Positions 39,372 to 50,936 of a stretch of DNA of 60,000 bases are shown one piece after another. Position numbers and translations under genes: made by a program. This DNA is from Callorhinchus milii (lineage: Eukaryota): the NCBI RefSeq assembly GCF_018977255.1, contig NW_024704742.1, positions 36,396,001 through 36,456,000 of the forward strand. The letters are read 5' to 3'. Under the pieces are notes generated by a model, which made no database searches, was not told where the DNA came from, and worked only from the letters and a program-made list of their open reading frames with translations. How positions within the stretch are numbered: position 1 is the stretch's first letter; each line of letters opens with the position of its first letter.

Positions 39372-40612
39372 ATATCAGGTTCCATTACGCTCAGATCTAT
39401 CCAGTTGCTTTGATCGATTCATACGTTTAGACTTTCTCTTCGGTGGAGTGTTCACGGGTGTCAACCGTTTGCACTTCTTTACTGTATATTGATGTGGAAA
39501 AATGTCCAAAAGCTTCACTCAATCTCCAAAAATCCACATCTCTGCAGCCTGCATTCTGTCCCTCAACAGCCTTCAAAAAAAACCTGAGCAGACAATTTTA
39601 AGATTTTGTCTTGCCCTTTAAATCTCTTCACCGTCTCCCCTCTCTCAGACAGAACTATGTTGAAAATCATCAAGTTATGCTGTAACTCAAATTAATCTCA
39701 ATGAAGCTGCCTATTTTCATGACTCCAGTACTATTTTGGCCCTGGTACAGTCCTGAATCCTATGGTGTATGGAGGATGTTGAGAATGTAAAGTAGCATGA
39801 AATACACAGAAAGAGGTCATTGTAATATGTACCGTGGAAATAAAAACAGCTGATTTACAAGGTATCCTTTAATAAAAGTCAGAGAAAGATGTTTTTGATG
39901 GCTCAGTGAGCTGAGCTACATTAGCTAAAATACCATTAGTGTTATAACAAAGTGCAATGGCCAGGCCTTCAATGCACACAAGGCCAATGCACACATTTGC
40001 TTCCTGCGTGTTGGTCGATTCCTGCACAAAGAGAAAAATGACCGTGTTTCAGGTCATCAGGTATTGGCCAGGAAACCAGCTGGCCTCACATGTATGGACT
40101 GAAACTGCCTATTCCTCCTTGTTAAAGCACAGGTTAGGGTTTCATGGGTTCCATTCACTGTTTTATAATGGGCTTTTCTGTATAGTCAAGGGAAATGAAA
40201 ATCTCCCATACAAGCAGCAAAGTAGGCAGTGACATTGGTGATGACTTTAATGACCTCGAAGCCAGACTTTTTTCTTGTGAAGTCGGTCCTGTTACAGGAC
40301 AGGAAATGCCAGGAAACTAGCTGACCTCACATTTCTGCACTACCACCAGCGATTTCTATAACCAGCTATATTTGCAATCACATTGTAACTAAATTTGCAT
40401 TTTAAAGAAGCTCATAACAGGTCTGTAATGTAAAAAGAAACAGGGAATATGGGACAAACAAAATTTACAGCGGAAAAAAAACCCCAAACACTTCAAACAA
40501 TGTCAAATGAAAGGTTTAGGACCAATTAGTTATTAAAAACAATAAGTGTTTTTTTTAAGAGAAATTATTGTCCCTAAATCCAGGGGAAAGCAAGAGATCA
40601 GTTGACACTACA

Positions 40613-40985
40613 ATACAAATTTACATTTATATAGCACCTTTCATGTTGGAATGTTCCAAGGCACTTAACTGCCCTAGTGTGGCACCCTATTAGGAGTTGG
40701 AGGTGGGGGAGCAAAGATGGCCAATGGCGTTATCAAAGAGATTCGTTTGGAGATGCACCTCAAAAGAGATGAGGGAGAGAGGAGTTGCAGCGACTCTGGG
40801 ATGGTGTTTCAGAGAATGGGGCAGATAGACTGAAAGCCTGACCACCAATGGAAGCAGGAAGACAGGAAGCAGGCGAGGGGAATGGCCGGGTTGGTACGGT
40901 TGAGGAGTTTGCTGTGTTAGGGTGGGCCAACACTATGGAGGGATTTAAAGGTGATGACAAGGATCTTGAACTCGACAGGCAAAGT
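40613..40985 (-). mobile_element. L2 LINE 3' fragment
   Basis: IGGQAFSLSAP motif and tail. Confidence 0.65.
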
Positions 40986-41529
40986 AAATATGGAGCTATG
41001 ATGGTCACAGACCACTCCCCAACATGAATGGTTTATCACCTATAAATACAGAAATGTCCAAAATATAACAATTTTTATTGGCACTATATGGAACAAAATA
41101 CAAAATTATAACAAAAAGAGACAAAGTGCATTTCTGCCCCAAGGCAGAACAATGCGCACAAAAAAAAAATCAACCATCGTCACTTTTGTATCTTCGATAG
41201 AATTTAATGAGATCATGTAAACTAAATGTGAGTCATTCCCCCAAATAATGCCAGTGAGTAAATATCAGCAAACCAACCAAAACTTGGGTGCTGCAGATCT
41301 TGGTTTTGAGAGCTCAAGGGCCTATTTTAGTCAAGCCAGGCCAGCATTCTCTATAAAAGTTATTGTGGCCCTTTCTGTCAGAAGCTTCAAGATGCCTGAT
41401 CTCTAACCAGCATCTGGCCTGTAGCCTGGAAGATATTTCACTCACAGCATTCATTCTAAACAAAACATAAGCCACAGCTTTGCTTCAGTTGTAACCGTAG
41501 TGGCTCACCCTGCAACCATCACTGAAGAT

Positions 41530-41884
41530 ATAATAAATAATAATCCTTGCACTTGATATAGCGCCTGATCACGTCTTTGAGACGTCTCAAAGCGCTTCAC
41601 AGAATATATTGTAAAGTGAATTGACTGTATATTTTGTGGGAGAAAGCGGCAGTCAATTGTGCACAGCAGTGTCCCACAAACAGCTGGGTATTGAAGTGAC
41701 CAATTTATTATTATTATTTTTTTGAAGGAATTATTGCCCCTAAAAAAGCAATCTGCCAATCGACTAACAACCGGGTTCCTACTTACCACTAGATAAACAA
41801 GAGGCGTTTGGAGTAAGGAAACTTACTCAACATTTTGCCCTGCTGGGAATTGAGCCCAGGTCTCTGGCTTGTGAGGCGAGTCCT
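41530..41884 (-). mobile_element. Related older SINE subfamily; its tRNA head continues at 43788-43816 beyond the L2 insertion
   Basis: Tail and body similar to the young SINE; head split at GCGAGTCCT / GTCCTCTAACCACTGAGCTACAGGACTCC. Confidence 0.8.
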
Positions 41885-43787
41885 TCTACTCCAGGACAAT
41901 CCTGGAGGCGAAGAACAACCCCAGGCTTCTGTTCTCTACCACATCCCGACTCCTCCGTCCCCCCCGCAGGTCATCTCCTCCAACCTTCACTGCGAGGAGA
42001 TGCTGGATTTCCTTGAATCCAAAATCAAGGGAATCCGCACCGCGGTAACTGCCCCTCCCAACTTCCACCCAGCCCCCACCCTTCCCTCCCACACTCCGAC
42101 TCCTACCCATCCTCCCCTACACACCTTTGAACCCGTTTCCCCACCCTCTGTCACCAAACTCATTCTGTCCTTGAAATCCACCACCTGCTCCCTGGATCCC
42201 ATCCCCACTCCACATCTCCCAGCGCCACCTCCTTGCCCCACTTCTCACAGACACCATTAACCTGTCCCTCTCCTCTGGCTCTGTTCCCATTCCCCTCAAA
42301 ACTGCCACCATCACTCCCATACTGAAAAAACCCTCCCTTGATGCATCGCAGCTATCAAGCTACCGGCCCATCTCCAACCTCCCCTTCCTGTCCAAGGTTC
42401 TCGAAAGAGTTGTCGCCTCCCAGCTGCGCTCTTTCCTTTCCACCCACTCACTTTTGGAACTCCTCCAGTCGGGTTTCCGTGCTGCCCATAGCACAGAAAC
42501 TGCCCTGGTCAAGGTCACCAATGACATCTTGACCATCTGGAACCAGGGCTCCCTTTGCCTCCTCCTCGACCTATCGGCCGCATTCGATACGGTCGACCAC
42601 TCTATCCTCCTCCACCGCTTGTCCTCCCACCTCAACCTTCAAGGCCCTGTCCTTGAGTGGTTTAGTCCTACCTCTGCCACCGTCTTCACTTTGTCTCTGC
42701 AAACGGCTTTTCCTCCAGCCCCCGCACTGTCTCGTGCGGTGTCCCTCAGGGCTCTGTCCTCGGTCCCCTCCTATGTGCTCCCTCTTGGTGACATCATCCG
42801 CAGACATGGGGTTAATTTCCACATGTATGCGGATGACACCCAACTCTACGTTTCCTCTTCTACCCTCAAATCCACGACCACCGATGTCCTGACAGCTGCC
42901 TGTCCGACATCGAGTCCTGGACGAGAAACAACTTTCTTCACCTCAACGTGCACAAAACTGAGGCCCTCCTGATTGGCTCACGTCAGCACCTCCGCACCTC
43001 AGGCGCTGACACCATCAGCATCCAAGGCTGCACTCTCCACCTCTCAAAGCAGTCAGGAACCTCGAGGTTCTGTTCGACCCTGAGCTGTCCTTTCTTCCTC
43101 ATATCCGCACCACAAATGGCACTACATTCCATCACCTCCGAAACATCGCCAGACTGCGGCACTACCTCACCCCTCACGCTGCTGAAACTCTGGTCCACGC
43201 CTTTATCACCTCAAGGCTGTACTATGGGAACTCTCTCCTCGCCGGCCTTCCCGGCACCTCCCTCCACAAGCTGCAGGTCATTCAGAACTCTGCAGCTCGT
43301 GTACTGTCCCGCACCAGGCTTCGGGACCACATCACTCCCACCCTCGCTCGCCTCCACTGGCTCCCCATCCCCCAGAGGATCGAATTCAAGATCCTCATCC
43401 TCACCTACAAGGCCATTCATGGCCTCGCTCCCTCCTACCTCTCCGACCTACTATCCCCCAACTTACCTGCCTGTACCCTCAGTTCCTCTGGCTCCGGTCT
43501 GCTCCACACCCTCCGCCCTAACATCGGTGGCCGGGCTTTCAGCCTCTCAGCCCCTTCGCCACCTCCTCCCTTTCCTCCTTCAAGTCCGGTCTCAAGACCT
43601 TTCTCTTCAGCCTTTCCTTCAGCTCTCCTCTCGACTCTCTACCCCCTCCTCGCTCCCTTCCTTCCCTCCCCTCACCCTGACCATTTCCCCTCTGCTCGGG
43701 TCCCGACCTAACTGTGCAGCGCCCTGGTACGTTCTCCCGAAGTGAAAGGCTCTCTTTAAATGCAATCTTGTTATTGTTGTTGTTGTT
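41885..43787 (+). mobile_element. L2-clade LINE, 5'-truncated (~1.9 kb), frameshifted RT region plus 3' tail
   Basis: RT motifs QSGFRAAHSTETALVKVTNDIL, LLLDLSAAFDTVDH, GVPQGSVLGP and MYADDTQLY spread over several frames; (TTG)n tail; flanking GTCCT direct repeat. Confidence 0.92.
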
Positions 43788-45367
43788 GTCCTCTAACCAC
43801 TGAGCTACAGGACTCCAGGACTAATTCTGTCAGATATGAGAAAATTAGCAAGTGCTTTATAAATAATGCAGCAAAATCTGTAGATACACTTTTTGAAAAA
43901 TGCCCAACCAGAGAGCTTGGCAGCCACAACAAACCGGAGTTTTCTTTTAGCAAAGTTGCGAAGCATGAGAGTTGCCAGTTGATTTGTGTGTTCTTCCAAC
44001 TTGAAATCAACTTTCAAATTTTGCATCAGGAGTCAAAAAAAAGATGGTAAGCATACATAAGTTAAGAATAACAAAAAGGAAAGAATTTGTATATTTATAG
44101 CACCTTTTCACTTCAAAACATCTTAAGGCATTTCAAAGGATTACTCTTATAATTAATGTCAAGAGTCGTGACTGCCTGCTTTTGTCGTTTGTGTCAGTAA
44201 TAGATTTTAGAATAAAATGCTGTAAGTGATGACACTGATTTATTCACAAGCAAAGCAGCATAGCACAAACCCATCAAGACAAAAGTGGGACTATTGTCCC
44301 ACTTGAGCTGACTGCAGTGCAAGATAAGACAACATAACCAAACCTATTTTTGCTAGGTTCACAATTTCTAGAAAGTAAATGGTACTGACATTCACTGTAG
44401 GAATAGCAGCAGAAATGTTCAATTTCTGTTACTGGCCATTAATTGTACTAATGACTGCAGAATCTGTACAAAATGCAAAACTGCATCTACAATATTATTA
44501 CCAAACTCAGGGTATTAAAACCAGCAACACAAACCCACAGATCACTTGGAATGTCTTAGGCCAGATTCCAAACTCAAGTAGAAGAAATGTGCAGCAAAAC
44601 GGCTTGCAATGAGAGGCAACACACATGATTAAACACGTAAATGCTGAAAGAACATTGCAAAAACTCTACTGCATTGCGAAGCCAGCAAATGTCAGCGCTG
44701 ATAGCCATTATATAAGGGTCTATGAATAATTTTTTGAAAAAAATACAGGACAATAAAACAATAGTGTCAGTGATTGACAGAATATCATGTTTGCAGAATA
44801 ACTAGGTACATTACTTATAGATAGAATCTCTCATTCTAGAAAAGTTCAACCTCCACACACCATTAGAACTGGAACTGGATGTTTGAATAATTGAGTAAAC
44901 AATGCTTTTAAATCCAGCTGTCACGTAAGCCTCTTTAAAATCCCAGAGCTGGTTATTAAGGATGGACTCTACTTGGTTGGGCAACACAGAAAATGTTAAA
45001 AGAGCTTTACAATTCTTTGCAAGAGTTTTGCTAAGATTACAATCAAACAAAGCAGAAACCATAAAATAGTTGAAAATGTACTGAGAAACATTGTTTGTTG
45101 ACGACCCACCTCACAGACAATATTCAATAGCAAAATAAGGTGGGGGAAGTAGTACCTCAACACAAGTGAATATTTTGGATAAATACAATAATGCAAGAAG
45201 GCAGATCGGTTGAGTGTAGCCAAGTGCTGAAGTTGCCACATTATCAATTTCGGAACACATTAGCAATTAGGAACTCCAGAATAAAACACCTTCACACATA
45301 CCTACACTCTGCACTCTTGGCTGTCAGTTGAATACAATAAATATTTCCCCCAAAGTTTCCCCTTTTT

Positions 45368-45685
45368 ATAATAATAATAATCCTTGCATTTGATATAGCG
45401 CTTTTCACGTCGGGAGGACGTCCCAAAGCGCTTCCCAGAACACACTGTAAAGTGAATTGACTGTATATTTATGGGCGAACGCGGCAGCCAATTGCGCACA
45501 GCAATGTCCCACAAACAGTCGTAGATTGAAAATGACCAATTTATTATTGTTTTTTTGTTTTGGAGGGATTATTATTAGGTGTGTGGAGTAAGGAAACTTG
45601 CCCAAGGTTTTGCCCTGCCTGGAATTGAACTCAGGTCTCTCACTTGCAAAGCGAGTGCTCTAACCACTGAGCTACAGGACTCCAC
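45368..45685 (-). mobile_element. Young tRNA-derived SINE, full length
   Basis: Reverse complement of the 35031 and 53955 copies. Confidence 0.9.
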
Positions 45686-45910
45686 GTCCTGTGGAGTCCT
45701 GTATCAGCATCCTTGTCAATCCTTGTCACTCAAAGTAGAAATGTCAGCGGATCAATGGCTGACTACTCAAGCAAGTTCAAATATTACCTCTATAAAACAT
45801 TTAAAATCCCCTAATCTTAATCAACCGTGAAACACAAACTAAAATGGGACATTCTCAAGTTTATATTTAATAATACTTTTCTTAAAAAATAATTTCCCAA
45901 AGTATCTTAC

Positions 45911-46071
45911 CTGTCCTATCAGCTGGACAATAAATTCGACCACCATCTTGGACTCCTTGCTAAACATCCCCTGCCAAAGCTTATCCACAACGCGCTGAGT
46001 AAAGTAAAATACATTGTTCACCAGAATATTGTAACTTCCTCCACTGGTGATGGGTAAGGTTGCATCTTCAC
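45911..46071 (-). CDS. WDFY3: WDFY3 exon (161 nt) GEDATLPITSGGSYNILVNNVFYFTQRVVDKLWQGMFSKESK...QLIGQ
   Basis: Acceptor GTTTCAG, donor GTAAGA; ends in phase 0 before the 15.2-kb intron. Confidence 0.95.
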
Positions 46072-47556
46072 CTGAAACAATTGTGCAAAAAATAAAGCAT
46101 TCTGAAATACACCAAAATGTAGGATGGCATTCACAGCAACGGACAACGATGGCATTCCTACATTAGACGATTTTAAATGAAGAACAGCAATAGGCTCTGT
46201 AGGATGGGCTCGATGGGCTGAAAGGCTTCCTCCTGTTCCTATGGTCTGTAGAAGGTTCACCGAGTTTGCTGAGTGAACAGCTGAGCATACAACCAAATTA
46301 TGTATTTGTGAGTAAGGAAGTTTAATGAAGCGAAACATCACCTGCTAGAGTTCCACTTGAAAACATAAGCCCACTAAATCCATGTTGAGCTGGAAAATTT
46401 ACCAGTCAGCCTGACCCTTCTAAAAAGCAGCTGCTCCATGTAAATCACAGGAAACACATATTGACCAAGGCGTAAGAATACAGACATTTTCCCTTGACTC
46501 AAGTGTTTATTTTTCTTTGGTCTACGTTCCTCAACCCTAATGAGCTAAGTTGCTGACATGCAGCGGTGTACAGCTTTGAACATGCTCACCACTATTATAA
46601 AATATCTGGAATTCCCCAAATAAGGTAAATAGGTAACCAATCCACAAACGTATGCAAGGATTATTTTAATGCATCACAGAAGGCCACTTAAATTGATTGG
46701 AATGGTTAATAATTTAATCCATCATCCCAGGATAACAGAATTGGATATAGTTTTGGTCTAGTCTGTCCCATATCCTACAAAAACTAGGCTGGTTCTGGCT
46801 GGGAACATTGTCCAAGTTTCCGATTGCAGCTGAAACCATAGTTTTGTTCAAGCTAAGAATCACGGAGCAGCAGTAATTCTCCTCCTTATTCTTAACAAGT
46901 CAGGGACCTTAGCAAACCAACCCAGCAGATCATAGCTGGCCTGCTTCACCCTGAGCCCATGGAAAACAAGAACTCCTAACTTAAGTGACTTCTAGGTATA
47001 AATATCAATTGTATGAGTCTGTTGCATTTCACTTGTGATGCACTTAAATCTGAAGGTCTTTGCACATCAAACTGCGTATTGCCCATATTTGGTTGATTGG
47101 GTTCACCTTTCATGTTGCAAATATTCCTTTCTTAAAGCAGTCTTTCTCTAATTCACCAAGAAAGCCTGTGATCTCTAAACATCACGGTGCTGTGCCCAGG
47201 TGACCCTTTACACTGTGCAGGCAAATTACTTGTCAGATTTGAAGGAATTTTTAATAGTCAGATATTGATTGGTTGCATCTGTGTCCAACTAACCCAAGCA
47301 TTAGAATCTGAGCTTTTGATGGAAAGGAAACTCTTTAACAGGTTTCCAGTAAATTACATCAACCAACCAACAACAAATTGCATTTATATAGTGCTTTCAA
47401 TGACAGGAGGACGTCCCAAGGTGCTGGACAGTGAAGTGTTTGTACCCGAGCTGGAGGTTGGAGGCAAGAGGGATGGAGGGGAAGGGGGATGGAAGTGGGA
47501 GGATGATCGAAGGCAAGGTCAAATTCTTCTGCACAAAGAACTCCATTTAGACCTAC

Positions 47557-47656
47557 CTAACAAAACATCTGCTGCCAGCAAGTGATCCATCACACTGTCC
47601 AAAATATTAGTTTGGAATTCTTTTTGCTGAGTCCGTGTTGATCTATCAGGTGAAGC
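47557..47656 (-). CDS. WDFY3: WDFY3 exon (100 nt) ASPDRSTRTQQKEFQTNILDSVMDHLLAADVLL
   Basis: Acceptor TTTCTAG, donor GTAGGT. Confidence 0.94.
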
Positions 47657-48952
47657 CTAGAAAATAAAAAGATTGATTTCATTAAGCAGCATTATATCAT
47701 CTAAACATACAACTTCATTATATACAGGGATGCAATCCATGTCTATTCAGGGTTGTTTAACCATTCAGGACTAATAGAATACCAGTAAATCAATTTTTTA
47801 AAAAAAATATATGAATCGCTCACATATTGAACTGGGCTTGGGGGAAACAAGATAAGAAATTATCCTCCTTTAATTATACAGGATGTAACTGCACATAGTT
47901 TGTTTCAGTGATTTATCTTTCAAGGCAGCTGAAAGACTCAACCAGAACTACAGACTCCAGTATAACAAACACCACCTTGAATTCCTAGACTTGCCCAAAT
48001 AATTGCCTCTAAAGTTAAATACAAAGTGACATTACTATAATCTCGAAGATTAGAGTGAATGGAATTTTATATTAGGGCTATTGAGTGCACTGTTTCAAAT
48101 TTAATACATTAGAAGCCCGCTATACCAACCATATATTTACCCAGTTTAGTGCCTGTCTTATGGTACTGGTGTCTAGGGGCCGGTGCTAACTGGAAACCCT
48201 GTGCACCAGGCTTCTGGTGGTGAATACCCATTTCCTATTCCAAAAAGATCAATGTCTGGGTTATCAGATCACCACTTCCTGTGAGTTGATTGTATACAGG
48301 AAGTGTACAAATGTCACTTCATTCACAAAGGTGTTGTTGTCAGCAGTGCTTACTGCACTTCGCACAGAGGATGTAACATCAGCAACAACCTGACATTTCT
48401 TTGCATTTCAGTTATAAGGTGGCCTCTGAGATGTTTGACCCAGAGGACTGTGTTATAATGGAGGTTACTTCCATTTGAAAGAAATTTGATTGCACTGCAC
48501 CTTTTGTTAGTAACTTAAACATAAGGTGATCTTTTTACCAATCAAAAAACACTTTGAACAGTGCATATTCACCAATACTGCCAGAAGCTGGGCTATCCAT
48601 TACACAACTTACAATATTATATATATTTTTTAAAGGTTCATTAAATCAGAAGAGAAGTAAATAAAGTAAATAAAATGTACATTCTGCAATTGAATCAGAA
48701 TTCACTTAAAAGTGGTGCAGAGTAAAATTAATGTAATTCTATCAGGATGAAAATTTGTTGTAAAACATTTTCATTGTATTCTACCTTACATGACTAAGGA
48801 ATATACTACTATACTTAAGATTCAGAAAATACATATTGAAACAAAACAATTGCTGCAAAGAAAGTCTTACGGATTACCTAACTGCTCAGACATACAAAAT
48901 ATTCCTTCCAAAATCAGAAAAAGGGTTTATTGAATGATATGTGATCACTTAC

Positions 48953-49186
48953 CTCCAACAGTAAGTCGATAAGCGTTGTCTGTTTACTAGCGGGTGCAAG
49001 ACACAGGTTGTCTATCACAAGGACACGCATGAAGTCGAAGACAAATTTCCTAGCGGGATGATTGGTCAAGAAGGTTTTGGACCCCACGTTACAATACTCA
49101 GATTGACTCCTATTCATGCCAGTGTCTCCTGCAAATGCTTTGAACTCCTCAGCAGGGGAACCCACTTCATCATCCAGATCACTCAC
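48953..49186 (-). CDS. WDFY3: WDFY3 exon (234 nt) VSDLDDEVGSPAEEFKAFAGD...TTLIDLLLE
   Basis: Within ORF 48914..49186; acceptor TTACTTAG, donor GTAAGT. Confidence 0.96.
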
Positions 49187-49761
49187 CTAAGTAAAAGTCA
49201 AGAGAGAGATTATTTCACCAGTAAGTTACTATTGTGCCATCATTTTGCTTAGTTGAATTATCATCTTGTTTCAAACTTTATTCTCATTAGATATATCTCA
49301 ACACAACGACCTAAAACTTGATTTCATTACCTTAATTTTTCTTTGACATATTTTCAACATAGAGTTAATTATCACAGCAATCTCGCAAACATGATATGCT
49401 ACTCACAACGGGATTGCGATTCAAACTTTTTGTAACAATATTTGTAAATCACGCCAACACAAGTTCACTGCTACTAGTTATAGTGTGTGTGTATATATGA
49501 ATAGGGGGATGGGGATGGGTGTGTGTGTGTGTGGGTGTGCACATGTGTTGTGTGCATGTGTTTTGATGATACAATCAAGGAGACTTGGAAAATTCATGTT
49601 ACAAAAAATGCATCTCACAAACACAAAATCTACCACAATACTCTGAGAATTGTTGGTCGGTATTCCTTTTCTCCCATTTGCACTTTTACATTACTCAGAC
49701 CAAACTCTTTCCCCCATCTTAATTCTCACAGAAATGTCGCAAAACATTATATATCTTGCAG

Positions 49762-50016
49762 CAAAAACAGAAGTCGCTTGGAACACTCAACAGGTCAGGC
49801 AGCATCTATGGAGAAAGGAAAGTGAGTCAACGTTTCGGTTCCACGACCCGTCGTCAGAACAGTTCTGACGAAGAACAGTTCTGACGAAGGGTCATGGACC
49901 CGAAACTTTGACTCACTTTCCTTTCTCTATAGATGCTGCCTGACCTTACTGAGTGTTCTAAGCGACTCCTGTTTTTATTTCAGATTTCCAGAATCTGCAG
50001 TATTTTGCGTTTTGAT
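49762..50016. mobile_element. Palindromic non-autonomous element with hammerhead-ribozyme cores (Penelope-like)
   Basis: ~100-bp inverted arms; CTGACGA-stem II-GAAAC on both strands; 12-bp direct repeat TATATCTTGCAG at 49750-49761 and 50017-50028. Confidence 0.75.
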
Positions 50017-50756
50017 TATATCTTGCAGATTAGTTGATCAATTTACTTGAGACAACTTCCATTAGAACAAAGTCTGCCTAATATATAACATGTGGAAGTA
50101 GTTTGGGTTTAAAAAAAAGCAAACTTTCCATTAAACATAGCATTTTATAGACATTCAATTTTTTTTCTTTTAGATCGGTTACTTTCAGTTATTATGTGCA
50201 TTAGGAATGAATCATTTAATGACTTTGATATTACACTCAAGCTGAACAAAACAATTTGTTCAAAGGAAAGTCAAGAAAGTAACATATCATTCCCATATTT
50301 CCAAAATTTGTTTGGGAAGCAAGGGAAATAATTGAATGACTCCAAAATATAATTGGGAAGATATTATACAGATTGAATCCCTAGAAAGACAGAGCAATAA
50401 GAGTTGTCCTTTTCCTTACTTTCACAACATATATTAAAAGAAAACAAATGCCCATTGGTCATCCAGTTTGTTTATATGCAGGGACAGAAGGGGAGGAATA
50501 GCTACGCTGGTGCAAACACAACTTTCACATCAAACATGTATAACAACAATGAGGTACACATGAGCCTCTCATTTTCCCCTTGGCCTAATGAAGAAGTCCA
50601 CAGAGTTCAAACACTCAGAGCGATGTGGAGAATGCATCATCTAACAAATAACAGATACAAACCCAAAATGCACCACTAACCATGCCACCAACAAGTTCCA
50701 ATGTAAATGTGTCTGTTGCATGTACGAACCTCATCCAAAATATGTTAAACACGTAC

Positions 50757-50936
50757 CATTTCGGAATATGGCCTGATGTTAAATGGAAAGACTGTGGCTG
50801 CAAATGCACAGAGAAACTCTGGGCTTGTCCAAAACGGAGCTAGATCTGGAATATTGTGATATAAATAACGGAAGAACTGCAGCAGAGTGACTGGGTATTC
50901 TCTGAGCCAGGAGCCCTCTTCTTCTGACTGCCAGGG
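50757..50936 (-). CDS. WDFY3: WDFY3 exon (180 nt) PWQSEEEGSWLREYPVTLLQFFRYLYHNIPDL...PFNIRPYSEM
   Basis: Acceptor CCCCTTAG, donor GTACGT; phase 0-0. Confidence 0.94.

Noticed and set aside
39378..39518. 47-codon basic ORF (VKLLDIFPHQYTVKKCKRLTPVNTPPKRKSKRMN...) in frame with the SEMA4G fragment, separated by one TGA
   Set aside because: No resemblance to the semaphorin Ig domain expected there, lies outside the putative TSD, and its length is compatible with chance; readthrough is unsupported.
42454..43745. Long ORFs of 172 and 265 aa as an active reverse transcriptase gene
   Set aside because: RT motifs are split across frames and the endonuclease end is missing; defective 5'-truncated L2.
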